NCBI RefSeq assembly: GCF_009914755.1
Contig: NC_060927.1
Direction: 5' to 3' (one strand)
Length of the DNA stretch: 64,000 nt
Origin: the human T2T-CHM13v2.0 reference genome, Homo sapiens
Both the position numbers and the translations under genes were made by a program. Positions 35,266-63,440 of this stretch are shown one piece after another. A model generated the notes under the pieces. That model ran no database searches and was not told the DNA's origin. It was given only the letters and a program-made list of their open reading frames with translations. Within the stretch, counting starts at the first letter, position 1. Each line of letters opens with the position of its first letter.

Positions 35266-35701
35266 TGTGGTAGGCAGTGTCTAAGACAGCCCCCAATTTT
35301 CCCTGTCTCCCAGTATTGATAACCTGTGGGTGAATACCTTGAGTACAGGCAGGATTGAACAGAATGTGGCAGACATGATGGGATTTCACTTCCAGATTAC
35401 GTTACAAAAAGACAGTGGCTTCCGTTTTGGGCTGCCCTCTCTGGCTCTCTCATTTGCTCTGTGTTAAGAATGGATGCCCCCAGGCAATAGCCACATGAAT
35501 GAGTTTAGGAGATCCTCCTCCATTCAGGCTTTGAGATGAATGGTAGCCTAGCTGACATGTTGACCACACCTTTGTAGGAGACCCTAACCAAAGGCCACAC
35601 CCAGATTGCTGACCCAAAGAAACTGAGATAACAAACGTTTGTTTTTTTCAGGCAGTTTAATTTTGGAACAATTTTTCACTCAGCAATAAATATCTAATAC
35701 A
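35266..35701. mobile_element. MLT1-type MaLR LTR
   Basis: Starts TGTGGTAGGCAG, contains AGAAACTGAGATAACAAACGTTTG, and ends CTAATACA. Confidence 0.7.
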
Positions 35702-35976
35702 ATTCATCTCGCAGTCTGAATGGATCTTTTACCTATGCACAATTTTGTAGTATCATGCATTGGTTATTCAAAAATACTTGTTTACTGAGTAATGCAAACA
35801 TTTCAAATATTAATGGTTTCATTACACAGTATTTTAAAAATCATCTGTTTCATGTCACCACTGATCTTATCAGAAAGCCTTCAAGTACTGGGAAAGTATC
35901 AAGCTCACAAAGGTGGGTACAAAAAATTTTCTAAAATCCTGTTTTTTGCCTGAAAGCTCTTTTGTAATTTATCATT

Positions 35977-37066
<1,090 letters not shown>

Positions 37067-37237
37067 CCTGCCTTTTAGATTTTTTTTGTAAACTTCAAAT
37101 ATGCAGCAGTGAAGAATTCACTATCTAGTGATACAGCCTGAAGCCACCACATGAATTCAACCAAGATGCCAGCAGTCTGACTCATCATTGTTTCTGAACT
37201 ATCAGTCTAAATGTCACCACAATGAAAATAATTTGAT

Positions 37238-37549
37238 GTCCAGTATAATGGTGCATGCCTATAATCCCAGCTACTTAGGAGGCTGAGATAAGAAGATCAC
37301 CTGAGCCTAAGAGTTCTGGCCTGTAGTGTGCTATGCCAGTCAGGTGTCTACACTAAGCTCGACATCAATATAATTACCTCCCGGAAGTAGGGGGACCACC
37401 AGGTTACCTAAGGAGGGGTGAACTGGCCCAGGTTGGAAACAGAGGTCAAAACTCCTGTGCTGATCACTAGTGGGATCACGCCTGTGAGCAACCACTGCAC
37501 TCCAGCCTGGGGCAACACAGCAAGACCCCATCTTGGGAAAAAAAAAAAA
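37238..37549 (+). pseudogene. 7SL RNA retrocopy (full length, diverged)
   Basis: S-domain GGGGGACCACCAGGTTACCTAAGGAGGGGTGAACTGGCCCAGGTTGGAAAC...GGTCAAAACTCC, followed by an A-tail. Confidence 0.92.
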
Positions 37550-37793
37550 CCCTTAGTATTATTACGTAAGTTGTTTTAACTTTACAGACAACCTGAAAGG
37601 GAATATTAGGGACCTGAGCCCACACCTGAACTGTGATTTAAATCAATACTGTCTTAAGAAAATAGTTTCTAAAGACCCATTTCAAGTTATAACGTCTAAT
37701 AATGAAAGGTAAGAATGACTTCCTAACTGTAAAAAGTCATTCTCAGTGTCGTCCTTACTGTACACCAATTCAGAGATAAAAAAAGGAAGAAAG

Positions 37794-38083
37794 CGGCCAG
37801 GTGTGGTGGCTCACGCCCGTAACTCCAATATGGGCCAAGGCCAAGGCCAAGGCAGGCAGGAAGCTTGCTTGAGATCAGTTCCATAGCAGCCAGGGCAAAC
37901 AGCAATGCCCTGTCTCCACAAAACAAAACAATTAGCCAGGCGTGGTGGCATGCACCTATAGAAGGCTGAGGTGGGAGGAATCCTTGAGCCCAGGAGTTTG
38001 AGACTGCAGTAAGCAAGGATTGTATCACTGCACTCCAGCCTGGGCAACAGACTCCATTTCTGCAAAACAAAAGAAAAAAAAAA
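37794..38083 (+). mobile_element. Alu (J-like)
   Basis: Alu consensus. Confidence 0.85.
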
Positions 38084-38574
38084 GAGTAAAGTGGGGCTTC
38101 CAAATGGAATTCTTCTGCCTCTGTTCAAAAGCAATACAGCACAGAATTTACTTCCTATAGTCCTACAAAGACGCTGTATTATTCCTTGCAATAAAGAGAA
38201 GATAAAGCTTCCAAGGGCATTACTCTTTTGCTCCAAATCTATTCCTAGCATTTATATTTTTAAAATTATGAGCAATATGGTATATTAACAGCATAATGAC
38301 TATCTGCAGTGAGCAGTCCAGAAAGCACTTCATTACACTACAGTATTCAGACTTTACAGCTTTCCTCTTGCCTTTTATTTCCAAATCTAGACAGTATATT
38401 CTTTTGTTTCTTGCTATAATAAACACCAAAGCTGCCAAGTTAAAAACATTTATCTCGGCCGGGTATGGTGGCTCATGCCTGTAATCCCAGCACTTTGGGA
38501 GGCCGAGGCGGGCGGCTCACCTGAGCTCGGGAGTTCAAGATCAGCCTGACTAACATGGAGAAACCCCGTCTCTC

Positions 38575-38575
<1 letters not shown>

Positions 38576-38665
<90 letters not shown>

Positions 38666-38676
38666 CACATATATAC
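38576..38676. repeat. An(TA)n(CA)n(TA)n compound repeat after an Alu left arm (38457-38575, +)
   Basis: Read directly. Confidence 0.9.
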
Positions 38677-38834
38677 AAAAAATAAAAATTAAAAAAATAA
38701 ATAAAAAGGTTTATCTCATAAAAACTCTCAACTAAAGTACTTTATCAAAAGACATACATATAATTTTATTCATCCTTTTGTTACAACGTATATTTCCTCC
38801 TCTTAGTTTACCGATGAAGGCTATGTATGTATTA

Positions 38835-39325
38835 TCCTAAGTGAATTAATGCAGGAACAGAAAGCCAAATACCGGACGTTCTCATAAGAGAGAGCTGAGT
38901 ACAAACAGACACAAAGAAGGGAACAGACACCAGGGCCTGGTTGAGGGTGGAGGGCGAGGATTGAAAAAAATACCTATAAGCCAGGCGTGGTGGCTCGCTC
39001 CCGTAATCCCAGCACTTTGGGAGGTTGAGGCCAGAGGATCGCTTGAGCCCAGGAGTTTGGGACCAGCCTGGGCAACATAGCAAGACTCCATCTCTATTTT
39101 AAAAAAAAAAAAAAAAAAAAAGTAAAGAAAGGAAAGAAAGAAAAGAAAAGAGAAGAGAGAAGAGAAGAGAAGAGAAGAGAAGAGAAGAGAAGAGAAGAAA
39201 AACTACCTATTGGGTACTACGCTCATTACCTAGGTGATAATCTGTACACCAAACCCACGCAACATGCAATTTACCCATGTAACAAACCTGCACATGTACC
39301 CCAAACCTAAAATAAAAGTTGGAGG
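38835..39325 (+). mobile_element. L1PA/PB 3' end with an inserted FLAM and an (AAGAG)n tail
   Basis: AAGTGAATTAATGCAGGAACAGAAAGCCAAATAC...AACAAACCTGCACATGTACCCC. Confidence 0.75.
39121..39200. repeat. (AAGAG)n repeat
   Basis: Read directly. Confidence 0.9.
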
Positions 39326-39357
39326 GAAAAAAATTTGTATGTCTCTTGTACTCAATT

Positions 39358-39648
39358 GTATTTATTTATTTATTTTGAGAGAGAGTCTTACTCTGCTGCC
39401 CAGACTGGAGTGCAGTGGCAGTATCTCGGCTCACTGCAACCTCAGCCTCCCGGTTTAAGCAATTCTCATGCCTCAGCCTCCTAAGTAGCTGGGATTACAG
39501 GCATGTGCTGCCATGCCTAGCTAATTTTTGTACTTTTAGTAGAGATGGGATTTTGACATGTTGGCTAGGCTGGTCTTGAACTCCCGGCCTCGAGTGATCT
39601 GCCCACCTCAGCCTCCCAAAGTGTTGGGATTACAGGTGTGAGCCACCT
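39358..39648 (-). mobile_element. Alu
   Basis: Alu consensus. Confidence 0.88.
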
Positions 39649-40288
39649 CAACACAAAGTATTTCTCTGCATTAACTGTTCTCAATATATACTATATACAG
39701 TTTTCTGTCTTGGTCTGCCCAAGCAGATTGTAATTCCATCTTGTATTTTTTTCTATATAAACTCATGATTAACACAAACTCTTTGGCTTACAAAAGGGAA
39801 ATAAATGCTTAACGATAAATTAATCTGATTAAATGTCCCATTCTCTATCGCCAGTCTCTATCCAGATTCATATCACAATTTTTCACATGAATGAGGGGTT
39901 ACTGTGCCCTTCATCCACATGAGGAACAGCACTTCTACAAACTAAGAGAGAAGGTAAGGCATATCTAGAGAGTAAGGATATGGCAGTCAAGTAGGTATCC
40001 AGAAAATAAAAATAATCAGAATCTTTTCATTATTCATTCCCATTACAAGGCAGTAATTCTTTTTGCTAACGTCCCTCCTTTTGGCATTTTCCAACAAATA
40101 TCAATTTTTAACATCTGCTTCACTCTTTGTGAGTCAACTGTGCAACTTTCTTGACAGGACTATAGAAAAAATAAGAAATGACACCACACTTCTAACAGTC
40201 TCCTAGCAAGCCTTCACATCTTTTGATGGTTTCATTAAAATCCTAAAGAACAAAATCAAATAAGGCTAAGGGAAAAAAGTGAACTTAC

Positions 40289-40356
40289 CACCAAATAATG
40301 GTTCTGGTTCCACCAGTATTTCCTGCTTTTGAGGAATTGGGGCACGAACTTCTTCT
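40289..40356 (-). CDS. UBXN7: UBXN7 coding exon 3 (68 nt; EEVRAPIPQKQEILVEPEPLFG)
   Basis: Acceptor TTTTTAATAG|AGAAG, donor GGTG|GTAAGT. Phase 2 to 1, in frame with exon 2. Confidence 0.96.
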
Positions 40357-40494
40357 CTATTAAAAAAAAATGGGAAAATAAAAAATGAAAACTGTTTTCT
40401 GCTACCTGTTTGCTTTCTGTAAATACTGTGAATATATTCAAATTAACGTAGTGACTTTTAGAAGCACAGTAATAATAAGTTTTTGTGTTGCTAT

Positions 40495-40811
<317 letters not shown>

Positions 40812-41595
40812 TAGATAGTTTCCACATAAAGCTCAAGTGGAAAAGAGTACCTGGCATATATAGCTCAAATGGTTTGGAAATAAAAACAATTTCCCCTTCC
40901 CTCTCAAGTTTCCTACCTTAAATTCTGTCAGAAAAAAAGAAAAAAATTTTCCCCCAAAAAATCAGGCAGAAATGAACAGAAAAATATAGGCTTAATAGAA
41001 GCAATATCACATTACTACTATATCAAAGAATAATTAAATCACAAGGACATATTAAAATAAACTTTAAAAGGCAGTGAATTTCATGCTAATTATGAAAGAG
41101 GCTAACAGGTATGATCTTGGATTATTTACTAAAAAGATCCTAATATACAGAACAAAAAAAGTAATTACTCATCTTTTAAAAGCCTATTTTCTTCAAAGTT
41201 TACATTCATAGGGTTTACTGATAATCCATCTCTTCCAATAAGAAAAAACTCATTTAGATATACTGTAAAAATGGTGTGTGCCTTTAAAGATTAGTTTATT
41301 TTAGGTTGGGCATGGTGGCTCATGCCTGTAATCCCAGTACTTTGGGAGAGGAGGCAGGAGGCTCACTTGAGCCCAGGAGCTGGAGACCAACCTTGGCAAC
41401 ATAGTAAGACTCCATCTCTAAAAAAAAAAAGAAAAAGAAAAAAAAAAATTACTTTGTTTTACAGTTGTAACTCAACTATTGAACTTTGCTGATTAATGTT
41501 CACAGCAAATAGTAACTTCCTAATTCATTATCTTCCTGCTTATAAGTATTATTATATAAGCATGCAAATTCCATATAAATTTATGTTAGCCCTAA

Positions 41596-41899
<304 letters not shown>

Positions 41900-42205
41900 A
41901 ATGGTTTTCATTCAGGTGTTCTGAACAGTATTAACTAAAGATCTTGTTTTTGACATTTAAGTGTTGGAACTCCAAAACATCCTTTATGAAATGAAGTAGG
42001 AATACTCATTTGTCAATAATTACATCCTGTAATCAAAGAACAACCAGTTAAAGAAATTTCCAATAAACCAAGTGACAAAAGGATAATTCAAAATTATGTT
42101 AAGTACCCTTTCCTACTGCTCACACACAAAATTTCGATAATCTGAAGAAACAGACGACACATCTATAAGAGTAAGCTCTGTCAATCCTTTCATCAAAAGG
42201 AAATA

Positions 42206-42851
42206 GGCCAGCCAGGCATGGTGGCTCACACCTGCAATCCTAGCATTTTGAGAGGCCAAGGCAGGTGGATCGCTTGAGCTCAGGAGTTCAAGACCAGCCT
42301 GGGCAACAAGGCAAAACCCCATCTTTACAAAAAATACAAAAATTAGTCAAGTGTGGTGGCATGCGCCTATAGTCCCAGCTACTTGAGGCGCCGAGGTTGC
42401 TTGAACCCGAGAGGAGGAGGTTGCAGTGAGTTGAGAGCAGTAAGCAGAGATCACACCCCTACATTCCAGTCTGAGTTACAGAGCAAGACTGTGTTTTTAA
42501 AAAAAGAGTTAATTATCTTAAGAAAACTGGTGCACACAGTGGCTCACGCCTGTAATCCCAGCACTTTGGGAGGCCGAGGTAGGTGGATCACGAGGTCAGG
42601 AAATCGGGACCATCCTGGTCAACGTGGTGCAACCCCATGTCTACTAAAAATAAGAAAATTAGCCGGGCGTGGTGGAGTGTACCAGCAGTCCCAGCTACTT
42701 AGGAGGCTGAGGCAGGAGAATCCACTTGAACCCAGGAGGCAGAGGCTGCAGCAAGCCAAGATCACACCTCTGCACTCCAGCCTGGCGACACAGAGAGACT
42801 CCGTCTCAAAAAAAAAAAAAGAAAAGAAAAAAAAAGAAAGAAAGAAAGAAA
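42206..42851 (+). mobile_element. Two Alus
   Basis: Alu consensus. Confidence 0.88.
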
Positions 42852-42899
42852 ACTTTTACCTAAACAAAACTTTCCATTATTGTTATACCTCGCTTTACA

Positions 42900-42933
<34 letters not shown>

Positions 42934-43348
42934 CTCAATCTCAGACAACTCAGTTGTTCTATAAACAAACTTTAATCTGATGAAATGCATCAATTAGAGG
43001 GGTGGATTAAGTAGTACACTTGTCCTTACACGAAAAGACTTGATTACTACATTATCTGAGGGTATCTGTACCAAGACTGTCAGCTACCAAGAATGGAAGG
43101 ATGGAACAGAAAAAAGTGAATAAAGAAAATCACACTTTAGGAATTAGGAGCCATTATCAAATGTTAATCAATTAGCAATACAAACTATCTAAGCCAAGTT
43201 ATATATAGGGCAATTCATTAGGAAAAGATATTCATTTATCAAAACTATTTTTCAACACAATTGAGAAAACATGTTTTATACAATGAGGATAAATATGCTC
43301 TCCCAAAACAACTATGAATATTTGCTATTCAAGTTTCTGTATTAGGTG

Positions 43349-44081
<733 letters not shown>

Positions 44082-44583
44082 TAGCTTCAAGCATTTTTCA
44101 TAGCAACTCAAAACATTTCTGTGACAATGTAGAAAAACCTAAAATTGGGAAATCTGAACTTTACTGGGCTCTACTGCTACTTAATTGCTGTGTAGCTTGG
44201 GGAAATGGCTATGCCTCTGCTTCCTTATTGGTAAAATGTTGATAATGCCATCCAATAAGGTGTTTGTTTATTTGCTGCTGCCGTGAGGCACACAGGCCCT
44301 GCTGGCCACGGGCCAATCCTAGCAGAGCACCACCACACACTCCAACCAACCCCATCTCCCCGACTTCACAGAGCCTACACGGTTCCTTTGAGGATTAAAT
44401 AAGCAAGACAGTACTCTAAAGAATTTAAAGTATGTAACTACAAAAATTTCCACTTCATACTTTTTCAGAGGCTTTCAGCCTTTCATTTATTTCAAAACCA
44501 GAGAATCGACCTAGCTTTGATAAAAATGCAACTACTTAATTTAGGCAATGGATAGCTCCTGACAACACATAATAAATTCATAC

Positions 44584-44731
44584 TCTGTGTGTGGTCTGAC
44601 AGTAGAGACACTTGCTGAACTGGTACTGGGCTCTTCAGCGATTCCTCCACCATCCAAAAACATAGTGACTGCCATTTCCAGATTATTGTTGCACGCTTCA
44701 AGCATATGTTTTCCTACACTTTCACTTGCAC
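44584..44731 (-). CDS. UBXN7: UBXN7 coding exon 2 (148 nt; UBA domain; GASESVGKHMLEACNNNLEMAVTMFLDGGGIAEEPSTSSASVSTVRPHTE)
   Basis: Manual translation matches the UBXN7 protein as I recall it. Acceptor TTTCAG|GTGCAAG, donor ACAGA|GTATGA. Phase 1 to 2. Confidence 0.96.
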
Positions 44732-45155
44732 CTGAAACAGTAAAAAGACAGGAAAAACGTTAAAAAAAAAAAAAAAAAAGACAGCCTCTTTCTTCAGCTC
44801 ATATTAGAATTCCCAAGTAAATTAATAGTATTTTTCCCTTTTAGAATGAATGACTTTCTTGTGAAATACACAGAGCTAGAAAAAAATGTAGACATTCTTG
44901 AAGTGAAATACAGAGCTAGAAAAGAATTTAGCAGCATTAAAGAGTAATCATCCTTCATAATAAAACAAAAACTAAATAAAGCATTTTTTGGCCATTTCTT
45001 TGGCCATTTATTTAAATGGCCAAAGTATATATTTGGGAATAAGCTGAAAAAAGATAAAGAAAAATGAAAGACTACATTCTAGAAAGTTAGAAATGCTTTG
45101 TTAGAAAGAATACATTTCAGTTAGCATTTCTGTTTCTGTTAAAAAGAAAGCATCA

Positions 45156-45518
<363 letters not shown>

Positions 45519-45919
45519 CTAAGTCAAAATCTGGTAAGAAATGTCAATCTTCATCATTTAAAAATGTCCCTATTACAAATGTACTCATTTGTAAATAAAG
45601 TAAAGCTAACAGAGTCTGCTAAATGAAATGTAAATTGGTAAGGTCCTTTAAGACAACAATTTTACAACATGTATTCCAGAAACAAAAATACTCATTCCTT
45701 TTTTGACTCAGTAATTTGGGCTTCTAGTCAAAAGAAAATAAAATCTACATAAAATACTATATGCATAAACATGTTCATACACATGTCCAGCATAGCTTCA
45801 GTTTATATTGAAAAGTTGGAAATAACATAAATGTCTAGTGATAGAATGTAAATTGAACATTTTCTGGCCACTAAAAAGCACCTCAAGCTTTCCATTTGGG
45901 ATGATTTTTCTTCTATCTG

Positions 45920-46950
45920 AATTATGTCCCTTAGAATCTCCTTCTCTTGGTGGTAAATGCTCTTAAGTTTTTGTCTGCAAATGTCTTTATTTCGCTGTCA
46001 TTCCTGACAGTTTTACTGGGTATTCCATTTCAAAGCTGACAGCTATTTTCTCTCAGAATATTGAAGACAGCATTCCAATGTCCTCTGGCTTCTGTTGTTG
46101 CTGCTGGGAAATCAGTTGCCAGACTAAAGAAAAATGTTTTTATAGCAATCTGTTGTTTCTAGTTGCTTTTAAGACCCTCTGTCTTTAGCCTTCTGCAATT
46201 TCACTCTGATTTGTCAGGGTGATTTTATTTATCCTCTTTGGAATTCAATGGACTTCTACCACTTGAAGATTATCTTTTATCAATTCTGAAAAATTCCCAG
46301 TGATTTATATTTGATCGTTGTCTCGCCCCCTCCATTCATACTTATTTCCTCTGTAACTCCAATTAGATGTATGTTACAACTCTTCACTCTAACCCTTATG
46401 TCTCAACCTTTCTTTCATATGCATATTGTCTCTTTGAGCTGTCTATGGTGCATTGTGGGTAATCTCTTCAATGCTATCTTCCAGTTCACACATTCTCCCT
46501 TTAGCTGTGCCAATCTGTTTCTTCACTTGCTCACTGAGCTTTTGATTTCAGCTAATTTTTTATAACTAGAAGTTCTGTTTTTGTTTACGTCCTCATCTGC
46601 TTGATCATGTTTTGGAGATCCTTAATTCCTACTATTCCAATCTTTCATTTCTTCAAACATATTAACCCAACTTATTGGAATCACTAATCACTAAGGAAAA
46701 AAATAAATTTTCTACAGTTTCTATAGGTCACTGTTTCTTGTTTCTGCTGGATCTTGCTCACTGTGTCACAGTTTTTGTGTGATTTGTGATTTTTTTACTG
46801 TGATGTCATGTGCCTTGAAATTTTAATCTACAGAATTCTGAAGCCTGGGTTGAAGGTACATTTCCTCCTAAGAGGATATGATTTGACAGACTTTGCAAGG
46901 CACCCACAGGCACTACCAAACTGAGACCACTTTAAATACACTTCTGACTT
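45920..46950 (-). mobile_element. Old L1M fragment (ORF1/5' region), antisense on the + strand
   Basis: T-rich degenerate L1 signature AATGTCTTTATTTCGCTGTCATTC...TATTTTCTCTCAG...TCCTCTGGCTTC. Confidence 0.55.
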
Positions 46951-47278
46951 GGAGGTTTTTCAAGACCACATGAGAAATGTGACTGTAACAATCTTTGTTA
47001 TAAATTCTCTGTGAAGATGTTCATCTCCATACATCCCCTCCCCACTGCCAAGGTAGAAGCGTCCTACTCTCTGCTTTATGAAGGGGAGGAGCCTTCTTTC
47101 AGGCCCCTTTCCTTGCTAAGGCCCCAAGCTTTCTTTCCTGTGACCCATGAGTCTACCAAAAGGGAAGTTCAAAGCCATCCAGTGTGGACAGATTCCACCA
47201 GACCTGCTTTAAAGGTAGCTAATTTCTGCATTCTTCATTTTTAGCCTGGTGCTAACCAATAATGTATTTTAAAAGAAA

Positions 47279-47578
47279 CTTTTTTTTTTTTTTTTTGAGA
47301 CGGAGTTTCACTCTCATCACCCAGGCTGGAGTGTAATGGTGCGATCTTGGCTCACTACAACCTCCACTTCAGGGTTCAAGCGATTCTCCTGTCTCAGCCT
47401 CCCAAGTGGCTGGGATTACAGGCGCCTGCCACCACACCGGGCTAATTTTTCTATTTTTAGTAAAGACAGGGTTTCACCATGTTGGCCAGGCTGGTCCTGA
47501 CCTCCTGACCTCAGGTGATCCACCCGCCTTGGCCTCCCAAAGTGCAGGGATTACAGGAGTGAGCCACCACACTTGGCC
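47279..47578 (-). mobile_element. Alu
   Basis: Alu consensus. Confidence 0.9.
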
Positions 47579-47880
47579 TAAAAAATGTTTTTTAAATACA
47601 TACATTCTTCAGCACTTTTTTTCTCAGCAGCAGGGTTACTCATGTTATCACTCTACATTACCCTTACTGCAAGAAATGGAAGTGCTAACTCTACTCTTAA
47701 TGTCTCTCATTTGTTTTCTCTTCTGTACTACTGTCTCTAAGGCAAATCCTTAATACTTACCTCAATTACTTCAATAGGCTACTAACTGATCATTATTCCA
47801 TTTTCTACCTTGCTGCAGAGGGTATCTCCCAAAATACAAGTCTCATTATATCATCCCTCTGTTTAAAATCACTTCATGGC

Positions 47881-49603
<1,723 letters not shown>

Positions 49604-49719
49604 GCATGAATATACAACGTGTGTAATAATGTTAAATCAATAAATATTACCAAAGAAAGCACCTGATCATTTCACTTAAATCTCTAGAAACGCAAATAGT
49701 TGACGGTCAACTGTTTTTT

Positions 49720-50782
<1,063 letters not shown>

Positions 50783-51076
50783 TCATTTGGGGTCTGCCTT
50801 TTATCTAGGTATATATGGTAATTTAAGTTACACAGAACCAGGGAGGTTTTTCCTTTAAAAGAGCTTCATACATTACTCAAATTTGAGAAACATTCTTAGA
50901 CCCTTCTTTCTCCCCCGAGTGAACATCCCATCAGTTAACCAAAGAGAGCTATAGTTCCTTCTAGTTAATACCACTCCTAACCAACCTTTTCTATGTCCAC
51001 TGCTACAGTCTTAGTTCAAGCCCTCAACATCTCTTACATGAATTACTGTATCTCACACCTCATGGCCCCCTTTGAT

Positions 51077-51703
<627 letters not shown>

Positions 51704-52490
51704 CTTCGACACAGCAAAATAATGTAAGTTCAATTGTCTGTCTTCCTATTTCAACAGTTCTGTATTGCTGATTGAAAAAGTTTTAATCCATCTCAAGCTG
51801 CATACAAGATTTGTTCCTTACCCCTCCCATGTTATATCCCTCTACTCTCATCTCACCTCTGTACCATTCCCTTCAGCCACATGGACCTACCGGCATCATC
51901 TAGGCAGTTCCCTTGGTAGGACTTTATAAAACCCTATCTTTGCATGATTTGGATAGTGGTTGGGACAACAAACCAAACACCCACCTTTCTGTTACGTTCT
52001 GAACATTTCCTCTGCCTCCTCACTCTGAAGCAGGAACAAATATATACTTTTCCATTGAGTCATAATCTTTACCCTTGTCTCTGCTAGCTGCTCTGTCTCT
52101 CAGACTTTAAAAGCTCACTCAACTAGCGCAGATCTCACTTTTCTCATCCCAGTTACATTCTTCCTAAGTTCTCAGTGGAGCTGAACCAAAAGTTAAGTTG
52201 TAGTATATACAAATTTAACATTCTAACCAACAGAAAACACTTTAAAAAATGAAATATCAAAACAAAAACACAAATGCAACTTTTTGAAGGAAAGGAAAAG
52301 TTCTAATATCCCCACAGCCAACCTTATGTAACTAAATACAAATTCTTGGGGCAAAAACAGCACAAATTTGATAAACAATTTCAAGACACATATGCTACCA
52401 TATTCTTACTCATAAAACCTGAGGCTTTGTTTCAGTGTTTCCCTAATATTTGTACATTGCCTCCAGTTACATTGTGTTGTATTATCATAC

Positions 52491-53133
<643 letters not shown>

Positions 53134-53497
53134 GTTCAGTGACTACTGTGCTCTACCATTTTAATTTAGACAGCAGCTAAAAATTAAAGGTTTCTTACAG
53201 GAAGACTACTTTCGGCTGCTTGTTCTAGCAGAGATGCACAATCTGTTAACATCTGCGTCCCAATGAACCCTAAAACTAGCTTCTCAATGTATGGACCAAA
53301 CTTTCTTTTCAGAGAATTAAGTGGCCAAGTTCACACTATTTTGGCTCTTGTCTAAGTGCTCACACCGCATTACAGCACCACAAAAAAGCAGAAAGAACAT
53401 GTTGATGGTGAAGTGAAACTCACTTCTGCCATAACAGCAACCAATGCTGGCTACTTTCATTCACAAACTTATCTGGTCATAGGAAATTCAACTTACA

Positions 53498-56662
<3,165 letters not shown>

Positions 56663-57587
56663 CAATGTGACAGGATGACTTCCATCTTTGGAGTCTGTCA
56701 GGATAGTGAACTGCAAGAGCGTTCCAAAGAAAGTACCACTACACATGCAGATTTTTTAAAAGGAAGCACATGCTAAATCTTGGTTAAGTCTGAACAAAGC
56801 CAGTGCTAGAAAGAAGCCCATGAAGCAAAGTATACCATCCACTTTCTTAAACAAAGCCAAGCTAAGCCATCTGTTCCCGTATCATCAGTTGTTCTTAGCG
56901 TATCACTTAGTGAATCATTTCAGAAACAGGAGCTAACTGAAAGATAATTAAAGGTTCCAGTGGTTCTTAGTGTCGAAGCACTAGAGGCATTCAGTAACAT
57001 GAGAGACCATTTTTGGTGTTTCATGCCTGGGGAGTCGGGGATACTACTGGCATTTCATGGAGAGAGGCCAGGGGTGATGTGGTGGACTGAAAAACGTCCT
57101 CCAAAAGACTACTCGAACCTTCATTTCAGACTTCCGGCCTCCAGAACCATCACAGAATAAATCTGTGTTAAACCACTCAATTTGCGGTAATTTGTCAGCA
57201 GTCAAAGGCAACTAAAAGTATTAAACTTCTGGAATGGATAGAACAGTCCTACTGTAATTGCCAATAACACTACCACTGAGCTACACAGAGGAATATGAAG
57301 AAGTGAAGGTTAACTGAAAGGGAAGAGGAAAAGTAAGGAGGGCTAAATGATGTAAGTGAGGGAACAGTGATAAACAAGTTTAGTGAAGTTACACATTTTA
57401 CCCACATTTTACCTATGCACCCAAGAGGGACTTAACAATTTCTGATGGATCAGCTGTAAAGAATTTGGACTTCTATCTTACTACAGTTAGAAGAACATAC
57501 CTTTTTTTTTAAGGGGGGGCTAATAAAACAAGTTTGACAAGTTTACGATTTAAACTATTTGCAAACTTGTTAAAAATGGGCTTTTTG

Positions 57588-60400
<2,813 letters not shown>

Positions 60401-61218
60401 GGCTATGGGCAGCCCAGCCCGCCAAGTCCTCGCCTGGCTGCATGCCAGCCTGATCAAGCCATAACCAGAGGACACAACAGCCCAACCTAGCGGGGCCAGT
60501 CACCACCTGGTCTGGGGATCATCTCTACCACAAGCGGCTGAGGCACAGCTGCCCTGGGGAGGGCGGAAGGCCAGGCATGTGGGCTAAACTGGCAGGTCAC
60601 CGCAACATGTAAGTGTTTCCACGCCAGCAAACATTTACTGAGTATCTACCACGTATAAGAACATTGGCAACAAGCCCTCCAACAAGCCGGTCCCTGAGAG
60701 GAGCATGTGGACAGTGCCTGTGTGGGCCAATGGACCCTCTGTGGAGCTGGCCCCCTCATCCGCTCCAGATTGTGGCCTGGCCACTGTGCCTCTTTTCTTG
60801 GCTGTGATGGGGCTTGGGGTACTTGTTCCCCTCCTGCCTGACCATTAGGTGCCAGCTGGCTTCACTGTATCCTTGGGAAACTGTGGAGCTGGGTCATGGA
60901 AGAGTGGGGACATGGCAGAGGCCTGAAACTCAGCTCAGAGCCTCAGGGAGCATAAGGTGGGGCATAGCAGGACAATCCCAGTCTTGGAGACAAGTTGCTT
61001 ATCTGCCTGGCCTCCAACCCCCATCTGACTTATCCACTTGACAAGGTGAGTGGATAAACCCAAAGTACCTTGGGGCACTTAAAGTCCTGCATGGATGTGA
61101 ATTTTATCAACTCTAAGATTCTGAAGCACCACAGGGACAGAAGAGAGCCATCTTGAAGCTAATTGTGTTAGCTAAACAAAGGACTAATTAGAGACTAATT
61201 ATTCCATTTACAAAATAA

Positions 61219-62895
<1,677 letters not shown>

Positions 62896-63440
62896 TCACT
62901 CCTCTAATTAAAACCCTTGACTCCCCACTATTCTCAGAATAAAGACAAGATTTTTTTTAACATGGCTTATAAGGCCCAACCCAATCTCCCATTTATCTCT
63001 TGAGGTCCATTTATTGCACTAGCTGTGCTTTACTCATTTGGAATTATCAATTCCCTAAACCGATTGTCTCCCCTCTCTCATCTCTGTCTGTATACATGTC
63101 TGCCCAATTCCCCTCCAAGTCTCTGCATGTTTCTCCTGCAAGAAACATCTTCCAGATTTTAGATAAAAAAGTATTTATTCTGGGAAGGTTTTCTTGACCT
63201 CCCTCTTTTGTGCTCCAGTATTAGCTCCTTACCATTCTCTCACTGTATTCTAATACCTATTCGTGTGTCTCTATTCCTGTTAACCTTTAAGCTTTCTGAG
63301 GACAGACACCACGCCTTGCTCACAGTTGTATCCTTAAGATGTGAACCATGCCTGGCACGTAGCAGTCTACCAATAAATGAATCTACTAGTAAGATTCCAT
63401 TCGCAACTCAAAATTACCTCCCTTAAATTTCTGAAACTTC

